From an uncultured Rhodospirillaceae bacterium (GTDB lineage Bacteria > Pseudomonadota > Alphaproteobacteria > UBA8366 > GCA-2717185), in the NCBI GenBank assembly GCA_964474755.1, contig CAYYUG010000011.1:8698-72697 (forward strand): DNA of 64,000 nucleotides. Direction: 5' to 3'. Of this stretch, positions 20,396-30,035 are shown one piece after another. Made by a program: the position numbers and the translations under genes. Below the pieces are notes generated by a model that saw only the letters and a program-made list of their open reading frames with translations, had not been told where the DNA came from and made no database searches. Numbering within the stretch: position 1 is the first letter of the stretch; every line of letters begins with the position of its first letter.

Positions 20396-21727
20396 TTACT
20401 CCACGATCCGCCGAACCGGCCGTTTCAGTCCGATATTTTCGCGCAGTGTACGGCCTTCGTATTCCGAGCGGAACAGGCCACGGCGCTGCAGCTCGGGCAC
20501 TACGAGGTGGGTGAAGCGTTCCATGCCGGTGGGCACCACGGGGGCGGCAATCATGAAACCGTCGCAGGCCTTGCCGCTATACCAGGCCTCCATGACGTCG
20601 GCGACTTGGACGGGGTCGCCGGTGAACATGTTGCCGGCCATCTGCGGCAGGATCCGCATATAGGTCTGCTGCACAGTCAGGCCTTCCTCCTGAGCGACCT
20701 GTACGATTGCGCCTGCTATACCAGTCGGGCCGTGATGTCCCTCGGGCCAATTGGGCATCGGGCCGTCGACCGGAAATGCCTTCATATTCAGCCCGGTCAT
20801 TTTGGACAAATAGTCGACGCCGACCGCCAGCGGCACAAGATCATCCAGTTCTCCAGCGATATCCGCCGCCTGCTGCGCTGTTTCGCCGACGATGATCGTG
20901 ACGCCAGAGAGAATTTTAAGATCCTCCGGTTCGCGGCCGTATTTCGCGAGGCGGTCCTTGAAGTCAGTGTAAAGTGCCTGGCCGGCCTCCAAACTCCCCT
21001 CGATGGCGAAGATGCAGTCAGCGTGGCGGGCGGACAGCTCGCGGCCGGCCTCGGACTGGCCGGCGGAGAACACTACCGGATGGCCTTGCGGCGGGCGCGG
21101 CGCGTTGAGCGGGCCTCTAACCTCGAAGTGCTTTCCCTTATGGCGGAGCGCCTGGACCTTTGACGGGTCGAGGAACCGCCCGCTCGCTTTGTCCTGCGGA
21201 AAGGCGTCGTCGGCCCAGGAATCCCAGAGACCCTTCACGATGTCAGCAAATTCGTTCGCGCGTTCGTAGCGCGTATCGCGCGCGACATGTTCGGTATGGC
21301 TGAAGTTCAGCGCGTCATTGGCGTTGGAGGTCGTCACCAAGTTCCAGCCTGCACGGCCGCCGCTAATATGATCGAGCGAGGCGAAGCGCCGAGCAACGTG
21401 AAAGGGTGCATCATAGGTCGTGGTGGTGGTGGCGACGAGGCCGATATGCTGCGTCACCATCGCCAAGGCGGACAGCAAAGTCACAGGCTCAAACACCCCC
21501 GGCCGGTCCGACGGCGAGGTGGCGGCAAACAGGTCTGGCTTGTCCATGTTACGGACACCGTTACCGTCGGCGAGAAAGAGCAGGTCCATCTTGCCGGCCT
21601 CGGCGATCTGCGCCAGCCGCATCGCATTACCGATATTGGCGGCCGGATTATCCCACGCATCAGGATGTCGCCACTCCCCCACATGACTGCCCTGAGCGTT
21701 GCCGTTGGCGGCGAGGATCATCGGCAT
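20396..21727 (-). CDS. LLM-class flavin-dependent monooxygenase (NtaA/SnaA/DszA subfamily)
   Basis: 443 aa. SHVGEWRHPDA, DLLFLADG, ISGGRAGWNLVTS; typical long NtaA/DszA-type luciferase-like monooxygenase. Confidence 0.85.
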   Translation of the reverse strand: MPMILAANGNAQGSHVGEWRHPDAWDNPAANIGNAMRLAQIAEAGKMDLLFLADGNGVRNMDKPDLFAATSPSDRPGVFEPVTLLSALAMVTQHIGLVATTTTTYDAPFHVARRFASLDHISGGRAGWNLVTTSNANDALNFSHTEHVARDTRYERANEFADIVKGLWDSWADDAFPQDKASGRFLDPSKVQALRHKGKHFEVRGPLNAPRPPQGHPVVFSAGQSEAGRELSARHADCIFAIEGSLEAGQALYTDFKDRLAKYGREPEDLKILSGVTIIVGETAQQAADIAGELDDLVPLAVGVDYLSKMTGLNMKAFPVDGPMPNWPEGHHGPTGIAGAIVQVAQEEGLTVQQTYMRILPQMAGNMFTGDPVQVADVMEAWYSGKACDGFMIAAPVVPTGMERFTHLVVPELQRRGLFRSEYEGRTLRENIGLKRPVRRIVE

Positions 21728-21758
21728 GTTGGGCCCATCCCGTTGCGTCGTCCATCAT

Positions 21759-24041
21759 TCATTTTTCCGCCGCCACCTGCAGCATCCGCCAGACATTCGG
21801 CGGCGACAACGGCAGGGCCATCGGTTCCACGCCAAAACTGGTGAGCGCCTGGGCGACGGCGTTGGCGATCACGCCGCCGACCGGGATTATCTCGCCCTCG
21901 CCCGCCCCTTTGGCGCCGAGCGGGTTGTGCGGCGAGGGCGCGAGCTCAAGCACAGTCGAGCGAATGTTCGGGAAGTCCGTCGCGGTCGGCAGCAAATAGT
22001 CGGCCAATGTGCCGGTCAGCAGCTGCCCTTGCGCGTCGTAGACGAACTCCTCCAGCAGCGCCCCGCCAAGCCCCTGCACGATCGAACCAACTGACTGGCC
22101 GTTCAGGGTCGCCGGATTGATCTTTCGGCCGACATCCTTGGTCGAAGCGATATCGAGCACGTCTACCTGGCCCGTCTTTGGGTCAACCGCCACATGCGCA
22201 GCCAGGCTGCCGTAGGAGTATGTGTATTTCTTGTTCTCGAACCGCGCCTCGACCGCAACTGGTTCGTCAGTCAGACCGGTATAGGCAACTGAATGTCCAG
22301 CAGCATCGCGGACGCCCTCGGCCTCAAACCGAACCGCATCTTCGGGGCAGCCGAGTGCCATAGCGGCCATCGGCCGGAGCTTGTCCTGCAACGCCTTCGC
22401 CGCCAGCATGATCGCGGAGCCACCCATGACCGTCGAACGCGAATGAAACGAGCCGTACCCTTCGGCAACGCACGCCGTCGATCCGTAATGCACGCGCACC
22501 CGTTCAAACGGAACGCCGAGCGCGTCGCCAGCGATCTGACCCATGATGGTTTCGATACCTTGACCAACCCCAGCCGAGCCGAGATAGACTGCGAAGGTTC
22601 CGCCGGTCTCCAAGACGATACGCGCATCCTCGCTCGGCCCCGCCGCACCGCCCTCGATGAAGCAGCCAACCGACACGCCATGATAGCACCCGTCGATGCA
22701 TTGCCCTTGCAGTTTAACCTTCTCGTCCCAACCAAATTCGTCCAGACAACGGTCAAGCAGCGCGTGATTATCGCCGCTGTCCAGCGACGTCACGCTTTCA
22801 AACGGCGTCATGGTGGCCAGCGGATAGGGCATCTTGTCAGCAGGCACGAGGTTGCGCCGCCGCACCGCGAGCGGATCGAGGCCGAGATCCTTGGCCATGA
22901 GATCGATCAGCCGTTCACGCACAAAATCCGGCTCGAACCTGCCCGGCCCGCGATAGGTGCCGGTAGGCGTCTTGTTCGTCGTCAGCGAATAGCTGGTCAG
23001 TCGAATATGCTCAATATCGTAGGCGCCAGACATGAACTGCGCGGCGTTGCGCGGCGCGATCGAGCCGTTAGTGCGGATATAGGCGCCATTATCCGTCCAG
23101 TTGGTGCCGCGCAAGGCGATAATCTTGCCGTCCCGTGTCGCCGCGATCGCCACATCGCACTCGATTTGCCGCGCATGGTTCGCCGCCATCATATGCTCAC
23201 AACGATCCTCGACCCATTTGATCGGCCGGCCGAGATAACGCGTGGCGAAGGGGATCAGGAAATCCTCGGGATAAAATTCGCCACGCGAGCCGAAGCTGCC
23301 GCCGACATCACCTTCGATCAGGTCGATCTGGTCGAGATCGAGGCCCATCGTAGCAGCGAGGATCTTACGGTTAGCGAAGGCAACCTTGGCCGCGCCCCAG
23401 ACGGTGAGCCTTTCCGCACCCGTGTCCCATTCGGCAACAAAGCCGCGCGGCTCCATAAAGAGCGCGGCGTGGCGTTGCACCGTAAAGGTTTCGCGACGCG
23501 TGTAGTCGGCTGTTTCGAACGCCACGTCGGCATCGCCCTTCACCGCATTCCAGCGCATGGAGACATTGGAACCGTGTTCGGGAAAAAGCAGCGTCTCAAC
23601 CGCCTCCGCCTGGTCGCGGCTGGTGATGGCGGGCAGGGAATCGATTTCGATTTTGATCAGGTCGAGAGCATCCTCAGCGATGGCAGGACTCTCGGCGATC
23701 ACGACAGCCATCGGTTCGCCGACATAGCGGACTTTCTCGTCCGCCAGCATCGGTTGGCAGAACTGCTCCAATTCCGGCAGTGGCTGCAGCCGGATCGGCA
23801 ACCGCGGTACGGTTTCACCTAGATCATGTGCCGTCAGCACCACGTGTACACCATCTAGTTTAAGAGCGGCGTCCGTTTCGATACCACGCAATAGCCCATG
23901 CGCGACCGGGCTGCGCAGGATCACTGCGTGCAACTGGTTCGGCCGGTTGATGTCAGCGACAAACTGCCCGCGCCCGCGCAGCAAGCGCAGATCTTCGACC
24001 CGCTCCAGCGCACTGCCGATTAGGCGATTCGGCGCGCTCAC
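21759..24041 (-). CDS. xanthine dehydrogenase-family molybdopterin-binding large subunit (CoxL-like, not CO dehydrogenase)
   Basis: A GTG start at 24041 overlaps the small-subunit stop (GTGA) and gives VSAPNRLIGSALERVEDLRLLRG. The active-site loop reads GTYRGPGR, not AYXCSFR. The track ORF extends upstream into coxS. Confidence 0.85.
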   Translation of the reverse strand: MSAPNRLIGSALERVEDLRLLRGRGQFVADINRPNQLHAVILRSPVAHGLLRGIETDAALKLDGVHVVLTAHDLGETVPRLPIRLQPLPELEQFCQPMLADEKVRYVGEPMAVVIAESPAIAEDALDLIKIEIDSLPAITSRDQAEAVETLLFPEHGSNVSMRWNAVKGDADVAFETADYTRRETFTVQRHAALFMEPRGFVAEWDTGAERLTVWGAAKVAFANRKILAATMGLDLDQIDLIEGDVGGSFGSRGEFYPEDFLIPFATRYLGRPIKWVEDRCEHMMAANHARQIECDVAIAATRDGKIIALRGTNWTDNGAYIRTNGSIAPRNAAQFMSGAYDIEHIRLTSYSLTTNKTPTGTYRGPGRFEPDFVRERLIDLMAKDLGLDPLAVRRRNLVPADKMPYPLATMTPFESVTSLDSGDNHALLDRCLDEFGWDEKVKLQGQCIDGCYHGVSVGCFIEGGAAGPSEDARIVLETGGTFAVYLGSAGVGQGIETIMGQIAGDALGVPFERVRVHYGSTACVAEGYGSFHSRSTVMGGSAIMLAAKALQDKLRPMAAMALGCPEDAVRFEAEGVRDAAGHSVAYTGLTDEPVAVEARFENKKYTYSYGSLAAHVAVDPKTGQVDVLDIASTKDVGRKINPATLNGQSVGSIVQGLGGALLEEFVYDAQGQLLTGTLADYLLPTATDFPNIRSTVLELAPSPHNPLGAKGAGEGEIIPVGGVIANAVAQALTSFGVEPMALPLSPPNVWRMLQVAAEK

Positions 24042-24517
24042 GACTCGCCCTCCGCCGTGCGATAGGCCGCGCGCGCTTCCAGCACGGCCTCGACGATGGG
24101 AACGTAGCCGGTACAGCGGCAAATGTTCCCGGACAAGACCTCGCGCACCCGATCTGCATCGGCGTTCGGCTCCTCGCTCAGCAGCGCATGCGCCGTGGTC
24201 ACCATGCCTGGTGTGCAGAAGCCACATTGCAACGCATGATGCTTACGGAAGGCTGCCTGCAGCGGAGTCAAATCGTCATCCCGGCTCAGACCTTCGACGG
24301 TCACAATATTTTCGCCGGCAACCTGCACCGCCAGGGTCAGACAAGACCGTACCGCCTCGCCATCGACGATTACCGTGCAGGCGCCGCAGACGCCGTGCTC
24401 GCAACCGAGATGGGTCCCGGTAAGGCCCAGCACGTCGCGCAGACAGTCGGCCAGACTAAGGCGCGGTTCCACATCGACCTCGAGCGCTTTGCCATTGACC
24501 TCGAAGGCGACCTTCAT
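24038..24517 (-). CDS. (2Fe-2S)-binding small subunit of Mo-hydroxylase (CoxS-like)
   Basis: 159 aa. CEHGVCGACTV and CGFCTPGMV...CRCTGY, the two [2Fe-2S] motifs. Confidence 0.92.
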   Translation of the reverse strand: MKVAFEVNGKALEVDVEPRLSLADCLRDVLGLTGTHLGCEHGVCGACTVIVDGEAVRSCLTLAVQVAGENIVTVEGLSRDDDLTPLQAAFRKHHALQCGFCTPGMVTTAHALLSEEPNADADRVREVLSGNICRCTGYVPIVEAVLEARAAYRTAEGES

Positions 24518-25371
24518 GACGCGGCGTCCTGCAAGGCGCGTTCAATCAGGATTGCGACCAGCGCGCGACGGTAGTCGGCCGGGGCATGATGGTCTTCCAT
24601 CGGTGAAACCTCACTGGACGCAGCTTCAGCCGCTGTTGCGATGGCCACCTCATCGACGTCCGTCCCGTCAATCGCCGCCTCCGCAGCATGCAGACGATGC
24701 GGCCGGTCGCACGCGCCAATCACACCGATATGGGCATCCCGAGCCCGGCCCTGCGCATCGAGATCGTAATGCAGCGCGATCCCGGCCAGTGCGAAATCAC
24801 CCTTGCGCCGCGCAAACTCCCGAAACGCCCAACGCCGCCCGCCGGGCCAAGCGGGAAATGTGATCGCCGTCAAAATTTCATCTGCGGCCAAATCCGTCGT
24901 CATCGGTCCAAGAAAAAATTCCGCCGCCGCAACGTGGCGTTCACCACCAGGTCCAAAGAGCGTCAACCGCGCATCGCAGGTCACCGCCACCCCTGGCAAT
25001 TCAGCAGCGGGATCGGCCAGCGCGAGGCTGCCGCCAGCCGTTCCCCGGTTACGAATATGGTAGTGCGCAATGTGCCGCGTCGCCGCGGACAGCAGCGGGT
25101 GCGCCGCGGACAGTCCAGTATGGCGCTCTATATCGCGCCAGCGCACACGGGCGCCAAGCGTAATGCCGTCCGCACCGATGTCGATCCGGTCAAGCGCTGG
25201 CACATTTTTCAGATCGACCAGCAGCGCCGGCGCCGCCATCCGGAACGCGAGTATCGGCATCAGGCTCTGCCCACCGGCGAGGAGCATTGCTTCGTCGCCA
25301 TGGTCGGCCAGCAGCGCAACCGCCTCGGACAGGCTGGTCGGTGATTCGTAGTCGAAGGCGGGAAACTTCAT
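24514..25371 (-). CDS. FAD-binding medium subunit of Mo-hydroxylase (CoxM-like)
   Basis: Start MKFPAFDYESPTSL at 25371. LLAGGQSLMPIL FAD motif. 4-nt overlap with the small subunit. Confidence 0.88.
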   Translation of the reverse strand: MKFPAFDYESPTSLSEAVALLADHGDEAMLLAGGQSLMPILAFRMAAPALLVDLKNVPALDRIDIGADGITLGARVRWRDIERHTGLSAAHPLLSAATRHIAHYHIRNRGTAGGSLALADPAAELPGVAVTCDARLTLFGPGGERHVAAAEFFLGPMTTDLAADEILTAITFPAWPGGRRWAFREFARRKGDFALAGIALHYDLDAQGRARDAHIGVIGACDRPHRLHAAEAAIDGTDVDEVAIATAAEAASSEVSPMEDHHAPADYRRALVAILIERALQDAAS

Positions 25372-25453
25372 GACCTCACGATATTGTAGCGAAAGGGAAG
25401 GTTCGACCAGTAGTCTATCGTGAGATTCATCGAATGCCAGAACGGACAATGAC

Positions 25454-26425
25454 ATGACCATACTCGACGGACAGCGCGTCATCGCTATCGAAGAACATTA
25501 TTCCGACCCGGAGGTGACATCCCTGTTCGAGGGCATCGACGGCAACGCCGCCCGCATGATGCATGAGCAGCTCGACGATGTCGGCGAGGCGCGTCTCAAA
25601 TCGATGGATGCGGCGGGCATCGACATGCAGGTCCTGTCGCACGCCCCACCGGGACCGCAGCGCCTTGACCCGGAGACCGCGGTCCGCGTCTCAAAGACGG
25701 CTAACGACCGGCTCCGCGATATCTGCAGTTCCCATCCCAACCGGTTCGCCGGGTTCGCCATGCTGCCGACCCCGGACCCCGCCGCAGCCGCGAACGAACT
25801 GGAACGCTGTGTAAATAAGCTCGGCTTCAAAGGCGCTCTAATCCATGGGCTGACGGGCGCGGAGCGGCTGTTCATTGACGATAAACGTTTCTGGCCCATC
25901 TTCGAGCGCGCCGAAGCGCTGGACGTACCGCTCTACATCCACCCGGCGATCCCGCACCCAGCCGTGATGGATGCCTATTTCAAGCCCTATGCCAAGGACC
26001 ATCCGGGTTTCCTAACCGCCGGCTGGGGATTCACCATGGAGACCGCTACGGCAGGCATCCGCATCATCCTGTCCGGCGTGCTAGAAAAATATCCCGGCAC
26101 CAAAATCATTATGGGCCATCTGGGTGAGACCCTGCCCTTCCTACTCTGGCGCATCGATCTCGCCTTGAACCGCCGCGGCGCGGCCGGCGTGCCGTTCCGC
26201 GAGATGTTCACGAAGCATTTCCACGTGACGACCAGCGGCTTCTTCTCTGATCCGGCGCTGCTGTGCTGTATCCAGGAGATGGGTACCGACCGCATCCTGT
26301 TCGCCGTCGACTATCCTTTCGTGCCGCAAGAGCCAGGACCTAAATGGATGGAAGGGTTGATGCTGAACGATGCGGACAAGGCCAAGATATTACACGGCAA
26401 TGCGGAAACGCTGCTCCGGCTATAG
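25454..26425 (+). CDS. amidohydrolase-2 family protein (ACMSD-like metal-dependent hydrolase/decarboxylase)
   Basis: 323 aa. IAIEEHY N-terminal metal motif, LYIHP, GHLGE, FAVDYPF C-terminal Asp motif. Divergent from the Mo-hydroxylase operon. Confidence 0.8.
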   Translation: MTILDGQRVIAIEEHYSDPEVTSLFEGIDGNAARMMHEQLDDVGEARLKSMDAAGIDMQVLSHAPPGPQRLDPETAVRVSKTANDRLRDICSSHPNRFAGFAMLPTPDPAAAANELERCVNKLGFKGALIHGLTGAERLFIDDKRFWPIFERAEALDVPLYIHPAIPHPAVMDAYFKPYAKDHPGFLTAGWGFTMETATAGIRIILSGVLEKYPGTKIIMGHLGETLPFLLWRIDLALNRRGAAGVPFREMFTKHFHVTTSGFFSDPALLCCIQEMGTDRILFAVDYPFVPQEPGPKWMEGLMLNDADKAKILHGNAETLLRL

Positions 26426-26499
26426 GAATTGCCTATCCAAACCATTGGACAGCCGCGCCGGGATGGCCATATAACGGCCGCGAAAGCGGATGGAACGCA

Positions 26500-27330
26500 A
26501 TGATACCGTTCACAAAAATGCATGGCATCGGCAATGACTGCGTGGTCATCGACGCGCGGGTCGAGCCCTATGCGCTGGATGGTGACCAAATCCGTCTGGT
26601 CGCTGACCGCCGGCGCGGTGTCGGCTGCGATCAGCTCGTCATGATCGAACCTCCGCGCAACGGCAGGGCGGCGGGCTTTCTAAGATTCTACAATTCGGAC
26701 GGCAGCGAGGCGCAGGCCTGCGGCAACGCAACACGCTGCGTCATCTCACGCCTGATGCGGGAAGAAGACACCGATGCATTAGCCGTCGAAACCGTCGCCG
26801 GACTGCTGCCAGGCCATGTCGATGAACGGGGTCTGATTGCCGTCGATATGGGCCCGGCCCAGTTGAACTGGCAGGACATCCCGCTGTCCCGCGCCATGGA
26901 CACCTTACATCTCGACGTTACAGCGGGTCCTTACGCAGACCCGGTCGCTGTCGGCATCGGCAACCCCCATTGTGTCTTCTTCGTCGAAGATGCTGATACG
27001 GTCGATCCGGCGACGCAGGGGCCGGAGGTCGAACACAATCCGCTGTTCCCAGAGCGTACCAATGTCGAATTCATCAGTATTCTGGACCACGGCCGCATCC
27101 GCATGCGGGTCTGGGAACGCGGTGCCGGCACGACACAAGCCTGCGGTTCGGGCGCCTGCGCAGTCGCCGTCGCCGCAGCGAGCCGCGGTCTCACCGCACG
27201 CCAGGTTGAAGTGGTGCTCGATGGCGGCTCACTGTTCATCGACTGGCGTACAGACAATCACGTAGTAATGAGCGGTCCCGTCGTGGTCGCCTTCACCGGG
27301 ACTTTGGAGATCGCGACGGGCGCGGCATGA
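26500..27330 (+). CDS. dapF: diaminopimelate epimerase
   Basis: Start MIPFTKMHGIGNDCVVID at 26500. The catalytic Cys motifs ACGNATRC and ACGSGACA are present. The track ORF is N-terminally over-extended. Confidence 0.92.
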   Translation: MIPFTKMHGIGNDCVVIDARVEPYALDGDQIRLVADRRRGVGCDQLVMIEPPRNGRAAGFLRFYNSDGSEAQACGNATRCVISRLMREEDTDALAVETVAGLLPGHVDERGLIAVDMGPAQLNWQDIPLSRAMDTLHLDVTAGPYADPVAVGIGNPHCVFFVEDADTVDPATQGPEVEHNPLFPERTNVEFISILDHGRIRMRVWERGAGTTQACGSGACAVAVAAASRGLTARQVEVVLDGGSLFIDWRTDNHVVMSGPVVVAFTGTLEIATGAA

Positions 27331-28565
27331 GCGGCCCACCAGACATCGTCACCTTCGGTTGCCGGCTCAACGCCTTCGAGTCCGAGGTTATTCGAGACCG
27401 TGCAGCCGGACTGGACGATACGATCATCTTCAACACCTGTGCCGTCACGAAGGAAGCCGAGCGCCAGGCGCGCCAAGCGATTCGCAAGGCGCGTCGACAG
27501 CGGCCCGGCTCGAAGATTATCGTAACTGGCTGTGCCGCCCAGGTGAATGCCAACACGTTTGCCAGTATGCCCGAAGTCGACCGAGTAATCGGGAATACCG
27601 AAAAACTAACAGAAGCCGCCTACCATTCCGAGACGCAAATCCTTGTCGGCGACATCATGACAGTGCAAGAAACAGCCGGCCATCTGGTAGAGGGGTTTGA
27701 GGGCCGCGCCCGCGCCTTCGTCCAGGTACAGCAGGGCTGCGACCACCGCTGTACCTTCTGCATTATCCCCTATGGTCGGGGCAACAGCCGATCGGCGCCT
27801 ATCGGCGAGATTACTAACCAGGTCCGCACCCTGGCCGAGAATGGCTACTCCGAGATCGTACTGACCGGCGTTGACATCACATCCTACGGCGCGGACCTGC
27901 CGGGACGGCCCTCGTTGGGTCAAATGATGCGCCGACTGCTGGCCCAGGTGCCGGAGCTGCCGCGCTTACGCCTGTCGTCGATTGACTGCGTTGAGATCGA
28001 CGACGATCTGATGCGATTGATCGAGACCGAGCCGCGTCTGATGCCGCACTTCCATCTGTCGCTGCAGGCCGGGGACGACATGACCCTGAAGCGTATGAAG
28101 CGACGGCACGGCCGCGACGACGCGATAGCGATATGCAATACGATTCGGGCACGGCGTCCCGACGTAGTGTTCGGTGCCGATCTGATAGCTGGTTTCCCGA
28201 CTGAAACGGAAGCCATGTTCCAGCGGTCGCTCGACCTGATAGACGAATGTGGCTTGACCTGGCTGCACGTCTTTCCGTACTCGACGCGACCCGGGACACC
28301 GGCGGCGCTTATGCCACAAGTTCCTGGTGACATCCGCCGCAAACGTGCAGCGCGGCTGCGCCAGGCCGGAGAAGCGGCTGCGACGCAATTTCTGGATAGT
28401 CTAGTGGGCGCAACCGCTACGGTGCTGATTGAGCAGAATAGCACTGGTCGCACCGAACACTTCGCCCCCGTCCAGTCGGATGTCGCACTGCACGACGGCA
28501 GCCTTGCAACACTGCGTATCGTGGGTCGTGAAGGCGACGCGTTAAGGGGGGAACTGACCACATGA
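27327..28565 (+). CDS. mtaB: MiaB-like radical-SAM methylthiotransferase (MtaB type)
   Basis: 412 aa. TFGCRLNAFE, NTCAVT, CDHRCTFCIIP radical-SAM motif. Overlaps dapF and ftsY by 4 nt. Confidence 0.8.
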   Translation: MSGPPDIVTFGCRLNAFESEVIRDRAAGLDDTIIFNTCAVTKEAERQARQAIRKARRQRPGSKIIVTGCAAQVNANTFASMPEVDRVIGNTEKLTEAAYHSETQILVGDIMTVQETAGHLVEGFEGRARAFVQVQQGCDHRCTFCIIPYGRGNSRSAPIGEITNQVRTLAENGYSEIVLTGVDITSYGADLPGRPSLGQMMRRLLAQVPELPRLRLSSIDCVEIDDDLMRLIETEPRLMPHFHLSLQAGDDMTLKRMKRRHGRDDAIAICNTIRARRPDVVFGADLIAGFPTETEAMFQRSLDLIDECGLTWLHVFPYSTRPGTPAALMPQVPGDIRRKRAARLRQAGEAAATQFLDSLVGATATVLIEQNSTGRTEHFAPVQSDVALHDGSLATLRIVGREGDALRGELTT

Positions 28566-29488
28566 ACAAGCCAAATTGGCTCAACAGGCTAAAATCTGGC
28601 TTGTCAAAATCAACCACCAAACTAACCGATGGCATCGCCGGGATCTTGACGAAGCGCAAGCTCGATGACGATGCGTTGGAGGAGCTTGAAGAAGTCCTGA
28701 TCACAGCCGACCTAGGCCCGGCAACCGCAGCAAAGCTCACCGCCAGCCTCGCCGCCACTCGCTTCAATAAGGAAGTCAGCGAAGAAGAGGTTCGGACCGC
28801 GTTGGCTGACGAAATCGACAAGATCCTAGAACCGATTGCCACGCCCCTAGCTATCGACGCGTCCCACAAACCACATGTTGTACTGGTTGTCGGCGTCAAC
28901 GGTAGCGGCAAGACCACGACCATTGGCAAGCTGGCGCAACATTATCGCGAACAAGGACTCAGCGTCACGCTAGGAGCCGGCGACACCTTCCGAGCGGCGG
29001 CCGTTGAGCAGTTAAAGATCTGGGGAGACCGTACCGGTTGTCCCGTTATTTCTGGCAAGCAAGGCGGCGATGCGGCGGGCCTAGCCTACGACGCATTGCA
29101 GGCTGCGCGCGAACAGGGCGCGGACCTTTTGTTGATAGACACGGCCGGGCGACTGCAAAACAAGACCGATCTCATGGCCGGACTGGAGAAGGTCAGCCGC
29201 GTACTAAAGAAACTGGATGAAGGCGCACCGCATGATTGCGTCCTAGTACTCGATGCGAGCGTCGGCCAGAACGCACACAGTCAGGTGAAAATTTTCCGAG
29301 ACATGGTTGCCGTGAGCGGGCTGGTCGTCACAAAGCTCGACGGTTCAGCGAAAGGTGGTGTTATCGTAGCGTTGGCAGAACGATTCGGCCTGCCGGTGCA
29401 CGCGATAGGCGTCGGCGAAGGAGCGGAAGATTTGCAGCCGTTCAACGCGAAAGACTACGCCCGCGACCTGATGGGTCTCGAAGCGTAA
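28562..29488 (+). CDS. ftsY: signal recognition particle receptor
   Basis: 308 aa. VGVNGSGKTTT, DTAGRL, TKLDG. Short form without an acidic A domain. Confidence 0.93.
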   Translation: MNKPNWLNRLKSGLSKSTTKLTDGIAGILTKRKLDDDALEELEEVLITADLGPATAAKLTASLAATRFNKEVSEEEVRTALADEIDKILEPIATPLAIDASHKPHVVLVVGVNGSGKTTTIGKLAQHYREQGLSVTLGAGDTFRAAAVEQLKIWGDRTGCPVISGKQGGDAAGLAYDALQAAREQGADLLLIDTAGRLQNKTDLMAGLEKVSRVLKKLDEGAPHDCVLVLDASVGQNAHSQVKIFRDMVAVSGLVVTKLDGSAKGGVIVALAERFGLPVHAIGVGEGAEDLQPFNAKDYARDLMGLEA

Positions 29489-29672
29489 TCTCACAAGCCA
29501 GTTCTTTCAGACCTACTTTTCAAGCATTCCTTGTTGCCCTGCACCTAACTAGCCAACAGCCATTCATCCGTCTGCAGGCAACTCAGCGTCAGCAAGCAAT
29601 AGGATCTTCCCAGAAAAGAAAAACCAGCGCAGCATTAAGCCAGTAATTAATTTAGAATCGATTACTTATATA

Positions 29673-30035
29673 TTAATTAATTGCTGCACTAACAGCCATC
29701 TCCACGAGCAATTCTTCCGGCGGATCGCGTGGCTCGAAGGTCACGCCAACGCAGACCCGCGCACAAGGATTGTTGCGGTCAGCCCAAGCGACCCAAACAT
29801 CGTTCATCGCCGACTTGTGCGCCATATCGGCGAGATAGACGGTAGCGGTAACCAGTTTCGATTTGTCGGTTCCCGCTTCAAAAAGGAATTTATCGATCCA
29901 ATCGAGGCATTGTTGGGTTTGTCCGGCCATTGTGTCCGTCTTGTCCGGCGCAGACACCACGACATGGATCAAGCCGTTATGTTCCACCGTCCGCGTCCGG
30001 CCGGGATAGCTCTCTGGGCCGCGTATTATTGTCAT
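29673..30035 (-). CDS. RidA/YjgF family protein
   Basis: 120 aa. YjgF-like pattern (GLIHVVV..., ATVYLADM, ARVCVGV). 4-nt overlap with the upstream oxidoreductase. Confidence 0.7.
   Translation of the reverse strand: MTIIRGPESYPGRTRTVEHNGLIHVVVSAPDKTDTMAGQTQQCLDWIDKFLFEAGTDKSKLVTATVYLADMAHKSAMNDVWVAWADRNNPCARVCVGVTFEPRDPPEELLVEMAVSAAIN

Noticed and set aside
19907-21163. Long plus-strand ORF (418 aa). Similar long antisense ORFs lie at 22293..23822, 37910..38698, 42249..43424 and 17846..18496.
   Set aside because: Each lies entirely antisense to a well-supported gene (LLM monooxygenase, Mo subunit, hydantoinase, carbamoylase, CocE-like). Their products are Arg/Ala/Pro-rich and low in complexity. 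These are typical shadow ORFs of GC-rich DNA.
21759-25371. CoxMSL genes as aerobic carbon-monoxide dehydrogenase.
   Set aside because: The large-subunit active-site loop reads GTYRGPGR rather than the form I signature AYXCSFR. The neighbours are hydrolases and monooxygenases rather than coxDEF-type genes.
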